Source: an uncultured delta proteobacterium (lineage in GTDB: Bacteria > Myxococcota_A > UBA9160 > SZUA-336). From it: a stretch of DNA of 64,000 bases. The stretch is from contig CAVPHD010000005.1 of the NCBI GenBank assembly GCA_963704165.1, forward strand, positions 192,001-256,000. Direction: 5' to 3'. The notes beneath the pieces were generated by a model, which was given only the letters and a program-made list of their open reading frames with translations, was not told the DNA's origin and ran no database searches. Position numbers and translations under genes: made by a program. Below, piece by piece: positions 9,900 through 20,900 of this stretch (position 1 is the stretch's first letter; each line of letters starts with the position of its first letter).

Positions 9900-10535
9900 T
9901 TGGAAATCCTTCTCGTCCGACACGGAGAAGTGGAGGCCGAGGCCGCCCTGACGCGCGGCGACCCGCCGCTTTCCGACGCGGGGCGCGAACAGGCGCGGGA
10001 GCTCGCTCTACGTCTCTCGGACGTCCGCATCGATACCTGCCTCGTGTCGCCGCTGGTGCGTGCGCAAGAGACCGCGCGGCTGCTCGTCGAGGGACGCGGG
10101 ATTCCGCTCGAGACGCATGCGTGCCTGGCCGAGGGTGCCTGGGGAGACCTCGAGGGGATCGAGCCCGCAGAGGCACGACGCCGCTTCCCGGAGTTCTACC
10201 GACGGGGCCGCACCGTCCTGGCTCGGCTCGCGGCTTCCGGACGAACCGCGCCGGGCGGAGAGACGCGTGCGGAGTTCCTGGCGCGAGCGAGATCGGCACA
10301 GGCCCTCGTGTCCGCGCCGCTCTTCCACCCGACCTCGCGTGCGCTCGTGGTCTCGCACGGCGGTCTGCTCGCGTACCTGGTGCAGCTGCTTGTGGGGCAT
10401 GAACCCCGCGATGACGCTTCGATCGGCTTCGATTTCTGCGCGGTCGCGCGCGTGATCGCGTATCGCGAGGATCCTTCGTTCGGTCCATTCGCGATGCTGC
10501 GCTTCGGCTCCGACGGAGCTCCTCGCACCTCGTGA
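9900..10535 (+). CDS. Histidine phosphatase family protein
   Basis: LVRHGE, SPLVRAQETA, GGET, VSHGG. Confidence 0.88.
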   Translation: MEILLVRHGEVEAEAALTRGDPPLSDAGREQARELALRLSDVRIDTCLVSPLVRAQETARLLVEGRGIPLETHACLAEGAWGDLEGIEPAEARRRFPEFYRRGRTVLARLAASGRTAPGGETRAEFLARARSAQALVSAPLFHPTSRALVVSHGGLLAYLVQLLVGHEPRDDASIGFDFCAVARVIAYREDPSFGPFAMLRFGSDGAPRTS

Positions 10536-10620
10536 TGCAGCGATTCGCTGCACTGGACGGCTGGGGTGCGCGAGTCGCCTTGACCCGCCTACGCGCCACG
10601 GGTAACTATCCGCCCGCACC

Positions 10621-11217
10621 ATGCAACCGCGGAAGAGAACTGCCATCGGGCTCTGTGTCCTCGCCGTCTGCGCGTCGGTTCTGACGGCGACGGCTGCGAG
10701 CATGTACGAGTACACGCCCGACGAGCTCGCCGGTCCCGAGCAGCCGATCGCGTTCAGCCACGAGATCCATGCGGGTACGGCAGAGGCCGGAAATCTCGGC
10801 ATCCCGTGTCTGTACTGCCATGGGCCCGCCGAGCGCGGTCCGAACGCCACCGTGCCGCCGGTTTCGACTTGCCTGGGTTGCCACAACTACGTGAAGGCCG
10901 GCCGCACCGAGGGTTCGGCGGAAGAGATCGCGAAGATCCACGAGTACGCGGCGAAGGGCGAGTCGATTCCCTGGGTCCGGATCCACCACGTTCCCGATCA
11001 CGTGCAGTTCAAGCACATGCGCCACGTGAACGCGGGCGTGCAGTGCCAGGAGTGCCACGGCGAGGTCCAGGACATGAAGCGCGTCTACCTGGTTCCGCAC
11101 ACTCAGTTCACCAGACGAAGTCTCTTCACGCCATCGCAGAAGCTCGAGATGGGCTGGTGCATGGAGTGCCACCTGCAACGCGGCGCATCCGACGACTGCG
11201 CGGCCTGCCACCACTAG
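10621..11217 (+). CDS. actA: Alternative complex III pentaheme cytochrome c subunit
   Basis: N-terminal membrane anchor, PEQPIAFSH, five CxxCH (CLYCH, CLGCH, CQECH, CMECH, CAACH); first gene of act operon. Confidence 0.88.
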   Translation: MQPRKRTAIGLCVLAVCASVLTATAASMYEYTPDELAGPEQPIAFSHEIHAGTAEAGNLGIPCLYCHGPAERGPNATVPPVSTCLGCHNYVKAGRTEGSAEEIAKIHEYAAKGESIPWVRIHHVPDHVQFKHMRHVNAGVQCQECHGEVQDMKRVYLVPHTQFTRRSLFTPSQKLEMGWCMECHLQRGASDDCAACHH

Positions 11218-11241
11218 AAGAGCCGGGGACCCGAACACACG

Positions 11242-14235
11242 ATGCCGGAGATCGATCGCCGAGACTTCCTGAAGATCGTGGGCATGACCGCGGGCGCGGC
11301 GGCAACCGTCGCGTGCAAGGAACCGGTCCACAAGATCATCCCGTACCTGAATCAGCCCGCCGAGGTGATTCCGGGCATCGCGACGCACTACAACAGCACG
11401 TGTAGGGCGTGCCCCGCCTCTTGCTCGGTGCGCGTCAAGACGCGCGAAGGCCGGCCGATCAAGATCGAGGGAAATCCGGACGACTCCCTCTCCCGCGGTC
11501 GCGTCTGCGTGCGCGGTGAGTTAGACCTGATGCGCACCTACGACCACGCGCGCTTCAGGCGCCCGATGAAGCGCGTCACCCGTCCGGACGGCTCGATCGC
11601 CTACGACCCGACCACCTGGGAAGCCGCCATGGCGCAGCTGGTCGACGCGCTGCGCGCGAACCCCGGCAAGGCGTTCTTCCTGGGCGGACACGAGACCGGC
11701 ACACGCGATGCGCTGATCGATCAAGCGCTCGCCGCGATCGGCTCCCCCGGTCAGCGGTTGCGTTTCGAGCCCTTTGCGTACGAGGCGCTCCGTCGCGCCG
11801 ACGACCTGGTGTTTGGAACGCGCGCCGTGCCGCAGTTCCGGATCGCCGAAGCCGACGTGCTCGTCGCCTTTGGAACTGATTTCCTGGAGACCTGGCTCTC
11901 TCCGCTCGCGAACCAGATCGGATTCTCCGACGCCCGCCGTGATGCGAAGGGATACGGGATCTTCGTCGGTCCGCGACTCGGCCTTTCGGGCGGCAACATG
12001 GATCAGTGGCTCGCTCCGACGCCGGGCACCGAGGTTCTCGTGGCGATCGCGCTCGCGAGCGAGGTCGCTCGGCGCAAGGGCTCCGCTCCGGACGCGCTGC
12101 GCGGGGTGTTCTCGAAGTACACCGCAGCGTCCGTTGCCGAGCGCACGGGGATCCCGGCTTCCCTTCTCGAGAAGGTCGCGGATCGAATCGCGCAAGCCGC
12201 GGCGCCGCTCGCGCTTCCGCCGGGCGTCGAGGTTCAGGGCATGAACGCCGCGCGCTTCGCAGCGGCGGTGCAGATCCTGAACGTCGTCTCCGGAGCCGTC
12301 GGCAAGACGGTGGCCTTCGGCGCGGATCACAACGTCGGCAAGCTCGCGCGCTTCCAGGATCTGAAGGAGCTCGCCGGGAGGATGCGCGGCGGCGAGGTTG
12401 GCGTCCTGCTCGTGCACGATACGAATCCCGCGCTCACCGCGCCTCAGGTCGGGATCGCCGACGCGATCGTCTCCGGCAAGGTCTTCACGATCAGCTTCGC
12501 GAGCGCGCCGAACGAAACCTCGAACCTCGCCGATCTCGTCCTTCCCGACCACACGCCGAACGAGTCGTGGGGAGACGCGGAGCCGGTGCGCGGCGTGAAG
12601 CAGGTTCAGCAGCCGACGCTGCGCCCGCTCTTCGACACGCGCGCGACCGTCGAAGTCCTGCTCGATGCCGCACGCGCGCTCGGCGGGACGGTTCCCGAGG
12701 GCAGCCTGCGCGATCAGCTCCGCTCCGCTTGGGGCGGGCAATCGAGCTTCGACGCCGCGCTCGCACGGGGAGGCGAGAGGCAGAGCGTCGCTGCGGTCTC
12801 CGTCGGGCTCGCGCCCGGCGTCGGCTCGATCGACTTCGAGCCTGCGCCGCTGGCTGGCGACGCCGCGAATCCGGTCCTCGTCGTGTATCCGTCGCACCAT
12901 CTCTTCGACGGGCGACTCGCTCGGATCCAGGCGCTGCACGAGATCCCGGACCCGGTCACGAAGACGATGTGGGGCAGCTACGCGGAGCTGCATCCCGAGA
13001 CCGCGACCGCACTCGGCGTCGAGCTCGGCGACGTACTCACCGTCACGACCGAGGGCGGGGAAGTCCAGATCACCGCTTTCCCGCACACGGCGATCCGCCC
13101 CGGCGTGATCGCGATCCAGGTCGGTCGAGGCACCGTCGCACGCGATTCCGAAGCGCCGCTTTCCGGTCAGGGTATGTGGGGACGCGACGTCGTCGGTGTG
13201 AACGCGTTCGAGCTGATTCCCGGCCGACTCGATGCCGAGAGCGGCGCGCTCGCCTGGCTCTCGACTCGCGCAGCGGTCAAGAACACGAAGGTTCGCGCCA
13301 CCGTCACGCGCGCACAGATCACCTTCGATCAGGAAGATCGCGGATTCGGAAAGGCGGTCGGAATCGCGGCTCTTCCGCATCTCGAGCCGTGGGGCAAGAA
13401 AGCCCACGGTGGGGGGCACGAGAAGAAGTCCGACGGCGAGCACGCGGTGGTCACGCCGTGGCAGGGGGACGCCGAGCACCTCGTGATCCAGGAATACGAC
13501 GTCGCCGCGGACGCGGGCGCAGACAGCCCGTACCGCTGGGGAATGTCGATCGATCAGGACGCCTGCACGGGATGCAATGCCTGCATCGCGGCCTGCGTCA
13601 CCGAGAACAACATCCCGGTCGTCGGCCCGACGAACGCGCGCGTCGGCCGCGAGATGCACTGGATCCGGATCGCACGGTTCGTCGAGACGGTCGGCGAGAA
13701 CGAGATCGACGTCCGTCACATACCTTCGCTCTGCCAGCATTGCGGCGCAGCGCCGTGCGAGAGCGTCTGTCCCGCCATCGCGACCTATCACAGCGCCGAA
13801 GGGCTGAACGTGATGGTGCCCAACCGCTGCATCGGAACGCGGTTCTGCGCCAACAACTGCCCCTACAAGGCGCGGCGCTTCAATCACTGGGCGTACGATT
13901 GGTACGTCCCGGAACCGGAACATCTCGCGCTCAATCCCGACGTGATGGTGCGTTCGAAGGGCGTGATGGAGAAGTGCACGTTCTGCGTCCAGCGCATCAA
14001 CGGCGCGAAGGACACGGCGCGGCGCGAGAACCGGACCGTTCGCGACGGCGAGTTCACCGTCGCCTGCGCTCAGGCGTGCCCGTCGAACGCGATCACCTTC
14101 GGCAACCTGCGCGACGCGGAGTCGGCCGTCGCGAAGGTGCGGACGATCCCGCGCGCCTATCGGCTCCTGGAACACTTGTATACGCGGCCCGCGGTCTCCT
14201 ACCTGATGTCGATCCGGCGCGTGGAAGAGGCGTAA
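11242..14235 (+). CDS. actB: Alternative complex III subunit B (molybdopterin-oxidoreductase-like plus Fe-S domain)
   Basis: Tat motif DRRDFLK; REGRPIKIEGNP; C-terminal CTGCNAC, CQHCGAAPC, CIGTRFCANNCP, KCTFC. Confidence 0.92.
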   Translation: MPEIDRRDFLKIVGMTAGAAATVACKEPVHKIIPYLNQPAEVIPGIATHYNSTCRACPASCSVRVKTREGRPIKIEGNPDDSLSRGRVCVRGELDLMRTYDHARFRRPMKRVTRPDGSIAYDPTTWEAAMAQLVDALRANPGKAFFLGGHETGTRDALIDQALAAIGSPGQRLRFEPFAYEALRRADDLVFGTRAVPQFRIAEADVLVAFGTDFLETWLSPLANQIGFSDARRDAKGYGIFVGPRLGLSGGNMDQWLAPTPGTEVLVAIALASEVARRKGSAPDALRGVFSKYTAASVAERTGIPASLLEKVADRIAQAAAPLALPPGVEVQGMNAARFAAAVQILNVVSGAVGKTVAFGADHNVGKLARFQDLKELAGRMRGGEVGVLLVHDTNPALTAPQVGIADAIVSGKVFTISFASAPNETSNLADLVLPDHTPNESWGDAEPVRGVKQVQQPTLRPLFDTRATVEVLLDAARALGGTVPEGSLRDQLRSAWGGQSSFDAALARGGERQSVAAVSVGLAPGVGSIDFEPAPLAGDAANPVLVVYPSHHLFDGRLARIQALHEIPDPVTKTMWGSYAELHPETATALGVELGDVLTVTTEGGEVQITAFPHTAIRPGVIAIQVGRGTVARDSEAPLSGQGMWGRDVVGVNAFELIPGRLDAESGALAWLSTRAAVKNTKVRATVTRAQITFDQEDRGFGKAVGIAALPHLEPWGKKAHGGGHEKKSDGEHAVVTPWQGDAEHLVIQEYDVAADAGADSPYRWGMSIDQDACTGCNACIAACVTENNIPVVGPTNARVGREMHWIRIARFVETVGENEIDVRHIPSLCQHCGAAPCESVCPAIATYHSAEGLNVMVPNRCIGTRFCANNCPYKARRFNHWAYDWYVPEPEHLALNPDVMVRSKGVMEKCTFCVQRINGAKDTARRENRTVRDGEFTVACAQACPSNAITFGNLRDAESAVAKVRTIPRAYRLLEHLYTRPAVSYLMSIRRVEEA

Positions 14236-14241
14236 GCACCC

Positions 14242-15582
14242 ATGGCGGCGATCACCGAACCCGTTCCACAGAGCCCGGATCAGATCAACGACGACATCCT
14301 GCGCGTTCTGGAGCCACCCACGCCCCTCTACGTGCTCGGCGTGCTCTTCTGCGCGACGCTCTTCGCCTTCGGTCTGATCGCGTTCCTCTACCAGACCTAC
14401 TGGGGCATGGGGCCGACCGGACTGACGCATCCCGTGATGTGGGGCGTGTACATCACGACCTTCGTGTTCTGGGTCGGTATCGCGCACGCGGGCACGCTGA
14501 TCTCGGCGATCCTCTTCTTGTTCCGCGCGAAGTGGCGCAACGCGGTGAATCGCGGCGCGGAGTCGATGACGGTCTTCGCCGTGCTGATCGCGGCGATGTT
14601 CCCGCTGATCCACATCGGCCGTGTCTACAAGTTCTATTTCATGATGCCCTACCCGAATCAGCGCGGGCTCTGGGTCAACTTCAAGTCGCCGCTGGTCTGG
14701 GATCTGTTCGCGATCAACACGTACATGCTCGTCTCGATCATGTTCTTCTTCGTCGGGCTCGTCCCCGACCTCGCCGCGGCCCGCGACCGCGTCCGCGACT
14801 GGCGCCGGCACCTCTACCGCGTGCTCGCGCTCGGGTGGCGCGGCTCGTCCGAGCAGTGGCGCCACTGGTCGCGTGCCGTCTTGCACCTTTCGGGGCTGGC
14901 GACGCCGCTGGTCCTGTCGGTGCACAGCGTCGTGTCCTGGGACTTCGCCACGTCGCTGGTGCCGGGCTGGCACACCACGATCTTCGCGCCGTACTTCGTC
15001 GCCGGCGCGATCTTCTCCGGCGTCGCGATGGTCATCACCGTGCTCGTGCCGGTGCGCAAGGCGTTCGGACTCGAAGCGTATCTGCGCAAAGAGCACTTCG
15101 ACAACATGGGCAAGTTGATCCTGCTCACGTCGTCGATCGTCGGGTACTCCTACGGCTTGGAGTACTTCATGGCGTGGTACAGCGCGAACCCGTACGAGCA
15201 GATGTCGTTCTGGTTCCGCGGATTCGGTTACCACTGGACCTCGACCTGGATCATGATCAGCTGCAACGTGCTCTCGCCGCTGCCGCTCTGGTTCAAGTGG
15301 TGCCGCACGAACGTCGCCTGGATGTGGGTCACGTCGATCTTCATCAACATCGGCATGTGGTTCGAGCGCTACGTGATCATCATGACGGGCCTCTCGCACG
15401 AGTACGATCCCGCCGCCTGGGGCTACTACGTGCCGAGCATCACCGAGCTCACGGTTCTCGTCGCGAGCTTCGGGCTCTTCCTCACCATGTTCCTCGTCTT
15501 CCTGCGTCTTGCACCGGTGATCGCGATCCAGGAAGTGAAGGAGCTCTGGTTCGAAGCCCGAAGCGAGAAGGGGCATCACTGA
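14242..15582 (+). CDS. actC: Alternative complex III quinol-oxidising membrane subunit (NrfD family)
   Basis: FVFWVGIAHAGTLISA, HIGR, NFKSPLVWD, VLSVHSVVSWDFA, WHTTIF. Confidence 0.93.
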   Translation: MAAITEPVPQSPDQINDDILRVLEPPTPLYVLGVLFCATLFAFGLIAFLYQTYWGMGPTGLTHPVMWGVYITTFVFWVGIAHAGTLISAILFLFRAKWRNAVNRGAESMTVFAVLIAAMFPLIHIGRVYKFYFMMPYPNQRGLWVNFKSPLVWDLFAINTYMLVSIMFFFVGLVPDLAAARDRVRDWRRHLYRVLALGWRGSSEQWRHWSRAVLHLSGLATPLVLSVHSVVSWDFATSLVPGWHTTIFAPYFVAGAIFSGVAMVITVLVPVRKAFGLEAYLRKEHFDNMGKLILLTSSIVGYSYGLEYFMAWYSANPYEQMSFWFRGFGYHWTSTWIMISCNVLSPLPLWFKWCRTNVAWMWVTSIFINIGMWFERYVIIMTGLSHEYDPAAWGYYVPSITELTVLVASFGLFLTMFLVFLRLAPVIAIQEVKELWFEARSEKGHH

Positions 15583-16085
15583 TGGCGCAGGTGCTCGGCA
15601 TCCTGAAGACGCCGGACGAGATGGTCTCGGCGATCCAATCGCTGAAGTCCGCGGGCTTCGACAAGCTCGAGGTCTACTCGCCGGTTCCGAGTCACGGGAT
15701 CGAAGAAGCGCTCGATCGCGGTCCGTCGCTGGTGCGTCTGTTCACGCTGATCGGCAGCCTCACGGGCGTGACGTTCGGTTACTTCCTCCAGATCTGGGTC
15801 GCGTACGAGTGGCCCGTCGTGATCGGTGGCAAGCCGTTCGCGTCGATCCCCGCGTACACCATCGTCGGCTTCGAGCTGAACATCCTGCTCGGCGCCCTCT
15901 TCACGGTCCTCTCTCTGATGTTCCTGGGCATGTGGAAGACGCGGAAGGGACACGACGCGTACCAACCCAGTTTCTCGGGCGATCAGTTCGGCTGCGTGGT
16001 CTCTTGCCATGGCGATCAGATCGCGCGCGCGCAGGATCTGCTGAAGCGCAGCGGCTCCACGGAGGTGCGAGTTGTCGAGAGCTAA
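15582..16085 (+). CDS. actD: Alternative complex III subunit D (DUF3341)
   Basis: ATG overlapping actC stop; YSPVPSHGIEEAL, WPVVIGGKP, FELNIL; two TM helices. Confidence 0.88.
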   Translation: MAQVLGILKTPDEMVSAIQSLKSAGFDKLEVYSPVPSHGIEEALDRGPSLVRLFTLIGSLTGVTFGYFLQIWVAYEWPVVIGGKPFASIPAYTIVGFELNILLGALFTVLSLMFLGMWKTRKGHDAYQPSFSGDQFGCVVSCHGDQIARAQDLLKRSGSTEVRVVES

Positions 16086-16617
16086 GACCCTCGCGACGCT
16101 GCTCGCGGTCCTCCTGACGTCCGGATGTTGGGAGCAGGTCGACAAGCACTGGTTCTCCCAGATGAAGAACGGCCCCGCGGTGCAGGCGCTCGCCCAGCCG
16201 CCACGCGTTCCGCCCGAGGGCACGATCCCGGCCGGAGGCATGGCGCCGCGTCTTCCCGCGGACTACCCGATGCCGCTTCAGGCCCCCGAGGGACGCGCGC
16301 TCGCGAACCCGATCGCGCCGACGCCCGAGTCGATCGCGCGAGGCAAGGCGCAGTACGAGACGGGCTGCGCGGTGTGTCACGGCGCCGACGGACTCTCGGT
16401 GCCCGGCCCGCAGAACCCGGTCGCCCTGAAGTTGATTCAGAACGGCGCGGTGGTCTTCCCGCTCGCCGGCATTCCCGCGTACACCGACGGGATGATCTTC
16501 TACAAGATCTGGTACGGGAAGCCGAACATGCCCGGCTACCCGCAGATCCCTGAAGCGGACCGCTGGCACATCATCAATTACCTGCGCACGCTGTTCAAAG
16601 GGGCCCCCCAGCCGTGA
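16072..16617 (+). CDS. actE: Alternative complex III monoheme cytochrome c lipoprotein
   Basis: Lipobox LLTSGC, PPEGTIP, CAVCH, distal Met NMP, RWHIINYLR. Confidence 0.88.
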   Translation: MSRAKTLATLLAVLLTSGCWEQVDKHWFSQMKNGPAVQALAQPPRVPPEGTIPAGGMAPRLPADYPMPLQAPEGRALANPIAPTPESIARGKAQYETGCAVCHGADGLSVPGPQNPVALKLIQNGAVVFPLAGIPAYTDGMIFYKIWYGKPNMPGYPQIPEADRWHIINYLRTLFKGAPQP

Positions 16618-17909
16618 GTCACGACACAGCGTCTCCCGGATCCCTGCCGAAGGTCCCCGCCGCCGTCTTCGGCGCGCTCGTCGCTGTCGGGGCGGTCACG
16701 TTGATCTTCGGCGCGGCGAGCTCCGACGTCGAGCTCGCCAACCGCACATATCGCGTGTTCCTGCACAACTGGCTGCTCTGGGCCGTGCTCTCGAACGGCG
16801 CCTTGGTGTTTTCGGCGGCCATGCGGCTCACGAACGCGAACTGGCAGGGACCGATCCAGCGCGTGGCTGATTCGATGGGCGCGTACGTTCCGGCGTCGCT
16901 CCTGCTCTTCTCGGTGATCTACTTCGGCCGCCACCATCTCTTCGAGTGGGTCGAGCATCCGATCCACGGCAAGGAGTTCTGGTTCGAGCCGACGTTCACG
17001 TTCACCCGCGACCTGATTGCGCTGGTCTGGATCACCTTCATTTCCGTGTTCTACCAATACCTGTCGATCCGGCCGATGCTGGGCCGCGCGCGAGAGACCG
17101 CGACCGGACTGCGCGGCGCGATCTACGCGCGCTGGACCGCGGGTTGGCGTGGCGAAGAGCGCGAGCGAGATCTCGCTTCGAGGCGCGCCCGCAAGCTCGC
17201 CGCCGTCCTCGCGCTGTCGTATGCCATCTGTTACTCGCTGATCGGCATCGACATGATCATGTCACTCGCCGCCGAGTGGGTGAGCACGATGTTCCCGGCC
17301 TACTACGCCTGGGGAGGATTTCTTTCCGCGATCTCGATGACGACGCTGATCTGTCTCGTCATGCGAAACTCGAAGGAGCTGTCGGGCCAGATCACCACGA
17401 GCCGCATGCACGACCTTGGCAAGATGGTTTTCGCGTTCTCGATCTTCTGGATGTACTTGTTCTGGTCGCAGTACTTCGTGATCTGGTACGCGAACATCCC
17501 CGAAGAGACCGGGTTCATCCTGAACCGGCTCGGCACCGAGTTCGTGCAGGACACCTGGTACTTCGCCGGGTACTTCACGCGATTGGCCGAACCGTACGTG
17601 CACCTGACGCTCGCGGCCTGGTTCCTGATCTGGGTGATCCCCTTCTGGGTTCTGCTCGGAGCGAAGCCGAAGAAGACACCCGCAATCCTCGGAACGGTCA
17701 CCGTCGGTTCTCTGCTCGGCTTCTATCTCGAGCGCTACATCCTGGTGACGCCATCGCTGATCCCGCCGAAGGCCGTGCTCGAGGGCGCTGCGGTCACCCC
17801 GTTCGGAGTGGTCGAGCTGGGGATCGCCGTCGGCTTCATCGGCCTTTTCTTCATCTGCTTCCTCGGCTTCGCCAAAGTCTTCCCGGGAACGCTTCCGGCC
17901 AAGAGCTGA
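16614..17909 (+). CDS. actF: Alternative complex III membrane subunit F
   Basis: Multi-TM; DMIMSL..W.STMF, HDLGKMVFAFSIFWMYLFWSQYFVIWYANIPEE. Confidence 0.88.
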   Translation: MSHDTASPGSLPKVPAAVFGALVAVGAVTLIFGAASSDVELANRTYRVFLHNWLLWAVLSNGALVFSAAMRLTNANWQGPIQRVADSMGAYVPASLLLFSVIYFGRHHLFEWVEHPIHGKEFWFEPTFTFTRDLIALVWITFISVFYQYLSIRPMLGRARETATGLRGAIYARWTAGWRGEERERDLASRRARKLAAVLALSYAICYSLIGIDMIMSLAAEWVSTMFPAYYAWGGFLSAISMTTLICLVMRNSKELSGQITTSRMHDLGKMVFAFSIFWMYLFWSQYFVIWYANIPEETGFILNRLGTEFVQDTWYFAGYFTRLAEPYVHLTLAAWFLIWVIPFWVLLGAKPKKTPAILGTVTVGSLLGFYLERYILVTPSLIPPKAVLEGAAVTPFGVVELGIAVGFIGLFFICFLGFAKVFPGTLPAKS

Positions 17910-17966
17910 CGGTCGTCCGCTCACCGCGGATGTCCTCTGCTACCATCGCGACAGCGAGTATGGCCG

Positions 17967-20900
17967 TTGGGTAGTGAGATTCGGCGAATAGCGATCCTGA
18001 ATCGCGGCGAGGCCGCGACTCGTGCGCTGCGTGCGATTCGCGAGCTCCGCGTCGAGGAAGGCAGCGACCTCGTCGGTATCGCGCTCTACACCGAGCCCGA
18101 CGCTTCCGCTCCGTTCGTTCGCGAGGCAGACGAATCGCTTTCGCTCGGCCCCGCGTTGCGCGCCGCCGGAAGCGGAGCCATGCGGCCGGCCTATCTCGAT
18201 CACGATCGAGTCCTCGCGGCGCTGCGCGCGACTCGCGCCGATGCGGTCTGGCCGGGCTGGGGATTCTTGGCCGAGGATCCGAGCTTCGTCGAGAAGCTCG
18301 AGGCCGCGGGGGTTCATTTTCTCGGACCGTCCTCGCAGACGATGCGCCGGCTCGGCGACAAGATCACGAGCAAGCGCATCGCCGAGGCCGCGCCGTGTTC
18401 CCGTGTCGCCGTGGAGCGGCGGAGCCGTGCAGCGACTCGAGCTGCCGGATCTCGCCAAGCGCATCGGTTTCCCCGTCATGCTGAAGGCGACCGCGGGCGG
18501 CGGCGGTCGCGGCATCCGGATGCTTCGCGAGGGCGACGACCTGTCCACCGCATTCGACAGCGCGCAATCCGAGGCTGCGAATGCCTTCGGCGACGGCACG
18601 CTCTTCGTCGAGAAGGCGATTTCGGGTGCGCGCCACGTCGAGGTGCAGATGGCGGCCGACCGCCACGGAACGGTGCTCGCGCTCGGACTGCGCGACTGCT
18701 CGGTGCAGCGCAAGCACCAGAAGGTGGTCGAAGAGGGACCGCCTCCGGGGCTCTCGCAGACGCTCATGCACCAGCTTCGCGAAGCGTCGATCCGCCTGCT
18801 TCGCGAGGCCGAATACCGAGGAGTGGCGACCTGCGAGTATCTCGTGATCGCGGCGGGCGGTGACGAGTCGTTCTACTTTCTCGAGGTCAATCCGCGTCTG
18901 CAGGTCGAGCACGGAGTCACCGAGCTTCTCACCGACTTCGATCTCGTGAAGGCGCAGATCCGCATCGCGCGCGGCGAACGCCTGCCCGACGACGCCCCCG
19001 GAGGAGAGCGGCTGCGCGATCGAGGTCCGGCTCTGCGCCGAGGATCCCGCGGCGTCGTTCGCACCGAGTCCCGGGCGGATCGCGCTTCTCGATCTGCCCG
19101 CTGGACCGGGCGTTCGCGTCGATGCGGGCATCGCTGCGGGCGGAACGATCCCGTCCGAGTTCGATTCGATGATCGCGAAGATCCTCGCGCGAGGCGCGAC
19201 GCGCGAAGAGGCGCGCGCGCGCCTGGTTCGCGCGGTCGCCGACGCACGCGTCGTCGTCGAGGGCGGGATGACGAACAAGGGATTCCTGCTCGACGTGCTC
19301 GAGCATCCCGAAGTTCCGAAGCGGCGGAGTCACCACCAACTGGCTCGACGGAACGAGCCTCGCTGCCGCACCCGAGCCGACGATCGAGGCGCTGATCGTG
19401 GCCGCGATCGAGACGTATCAGCTCGAGCGCGTGAAGGTGCGGGCGAATTTCTTCGCCGCTGCCGCGCCGCGGTCGGCCGCGCGAGATCCCGCCGTCGTCG
19501 GGAGCGGAGATCGATCTCGTCTACGCCGGCCAGACGTATCGACTTCGCGTGTTCGCGATCGGCGGCTGGGCGTACCGGGTTCATTCCGGAGACAGCGTCG
19601 CACAGGTCTCGCTGCTCGAGCGCGGCCCGTACTCGAGCCTGTTGGTGATCGGCGACCGCCGATCGCAAGTGCTCGTCTCGGGCTCCGAGGTCGAGATGCG
19701 GGTCGAGATCAACGGCCGGCTGCACCGCGTTCTTTGCGACGTCGGCGGAAAGGTTCGCGCGCCGTCGCCGGCGCTCCTGATCGAAGTCGCGGTGAAGCCG
19801 GGAGATCCCGTCGAGGTCGGCACGCGACTCGGGATCTTCGAGGCGATGAAGACGGAGACGGCGTTCTTCGCGCCGGTTGCCGGTGTCGTGCGCGAAGTTG
19901 CTCGTGCGCCCGGGCGAGCGCGTCTCCGCGGGCGACGTGATCCTGGTGATCGAGCCCGTCTCCGACGCCGTGACCGCGCCCCGAGCGTGCAGGTGCGCTC
20001 GAGCTTCCGGTCGAGGACGAGCCGCTCGAGCTGTTCTACACCGAGGACGGCGGCGCCGACTTCGAGCGCGCGAGCGCGGAGCCGGCGTCGGTGCGCGCGG
20101 CGGCGGTCGCGGCGCTGCGCGGTGAGATCCGCCGCGATCCTGATGGGCTACGACGTCAATCCGGAGCGCGCGGACCGGCTCGTCGAGATCCTCGAGGCAC
20201 CGGTCGCCAAGCTCTCCGACGCGCTGCGCGCGGATCTCGCGCAGCTCGCCGGCGCGGTCGAGATCTTCTCGGACGTCGAGACGCTCTTCTCGCGCTCGCC
20301 GACGCGGCTCGCCGGAGACGAGCTCGGACCGTCCAACGACGCGCGCATGGCGATGTACCTGCGGCGCATCGCCGTCCTCGGTGCGGGAATCGACCCGGCG
20401 TTCCTGGAACTGTTGAAGAAGGCGCTCTCCCACTACGGGATCAACTCGCTCGCCCACTCCGACACGCTCGAGCGCGCGGTGCTCCGTCTCTACGCGACGC
20501 GCACCACGCTGGCGCTGCGCAGCCGCCTGATCGGCGCGCTCCTGCACCTGTTGATCGGGCTCGGCGAACGGGGCGAGATGTTCGCCCGACGGCCCGAGCT
20601 CGCGCTCGCGCTCGACGCGCTCTCGCTCCTGCGCGGGACGGTGGCGCCGAGCGTCGCGGACCTGGGCGCACAGGCGAGATTCCTGCTCTACGACCGACCG
20701 CGACACGCCGAGACCGAGGCGCGGCCGAAGCCGCGCTGCAGATCTCGGGTTCACCAGCGTCGATGCGCCCGATCCGTCGGTCCTGAAACGGATCGCGGAG
20801 TCGGTCGACATGGACGTCGCGGATGCGCGTCGCCTCGAACTCTGGCGGCTCGAGCTCTTCGAGCTCACCCGTCTCGACGCTTCCGGCTGGAGCGGGATCG

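Noticed and set aside
11521..15579. 1352-aa antisense ORF and the 1359-aa off-frame ORF 12006-16085
   Set aside because: Shadows of actB/actC from GC-rich codon bias; Arg-rich with no motifs. Only the last 167 codons of the latter (actD) are real
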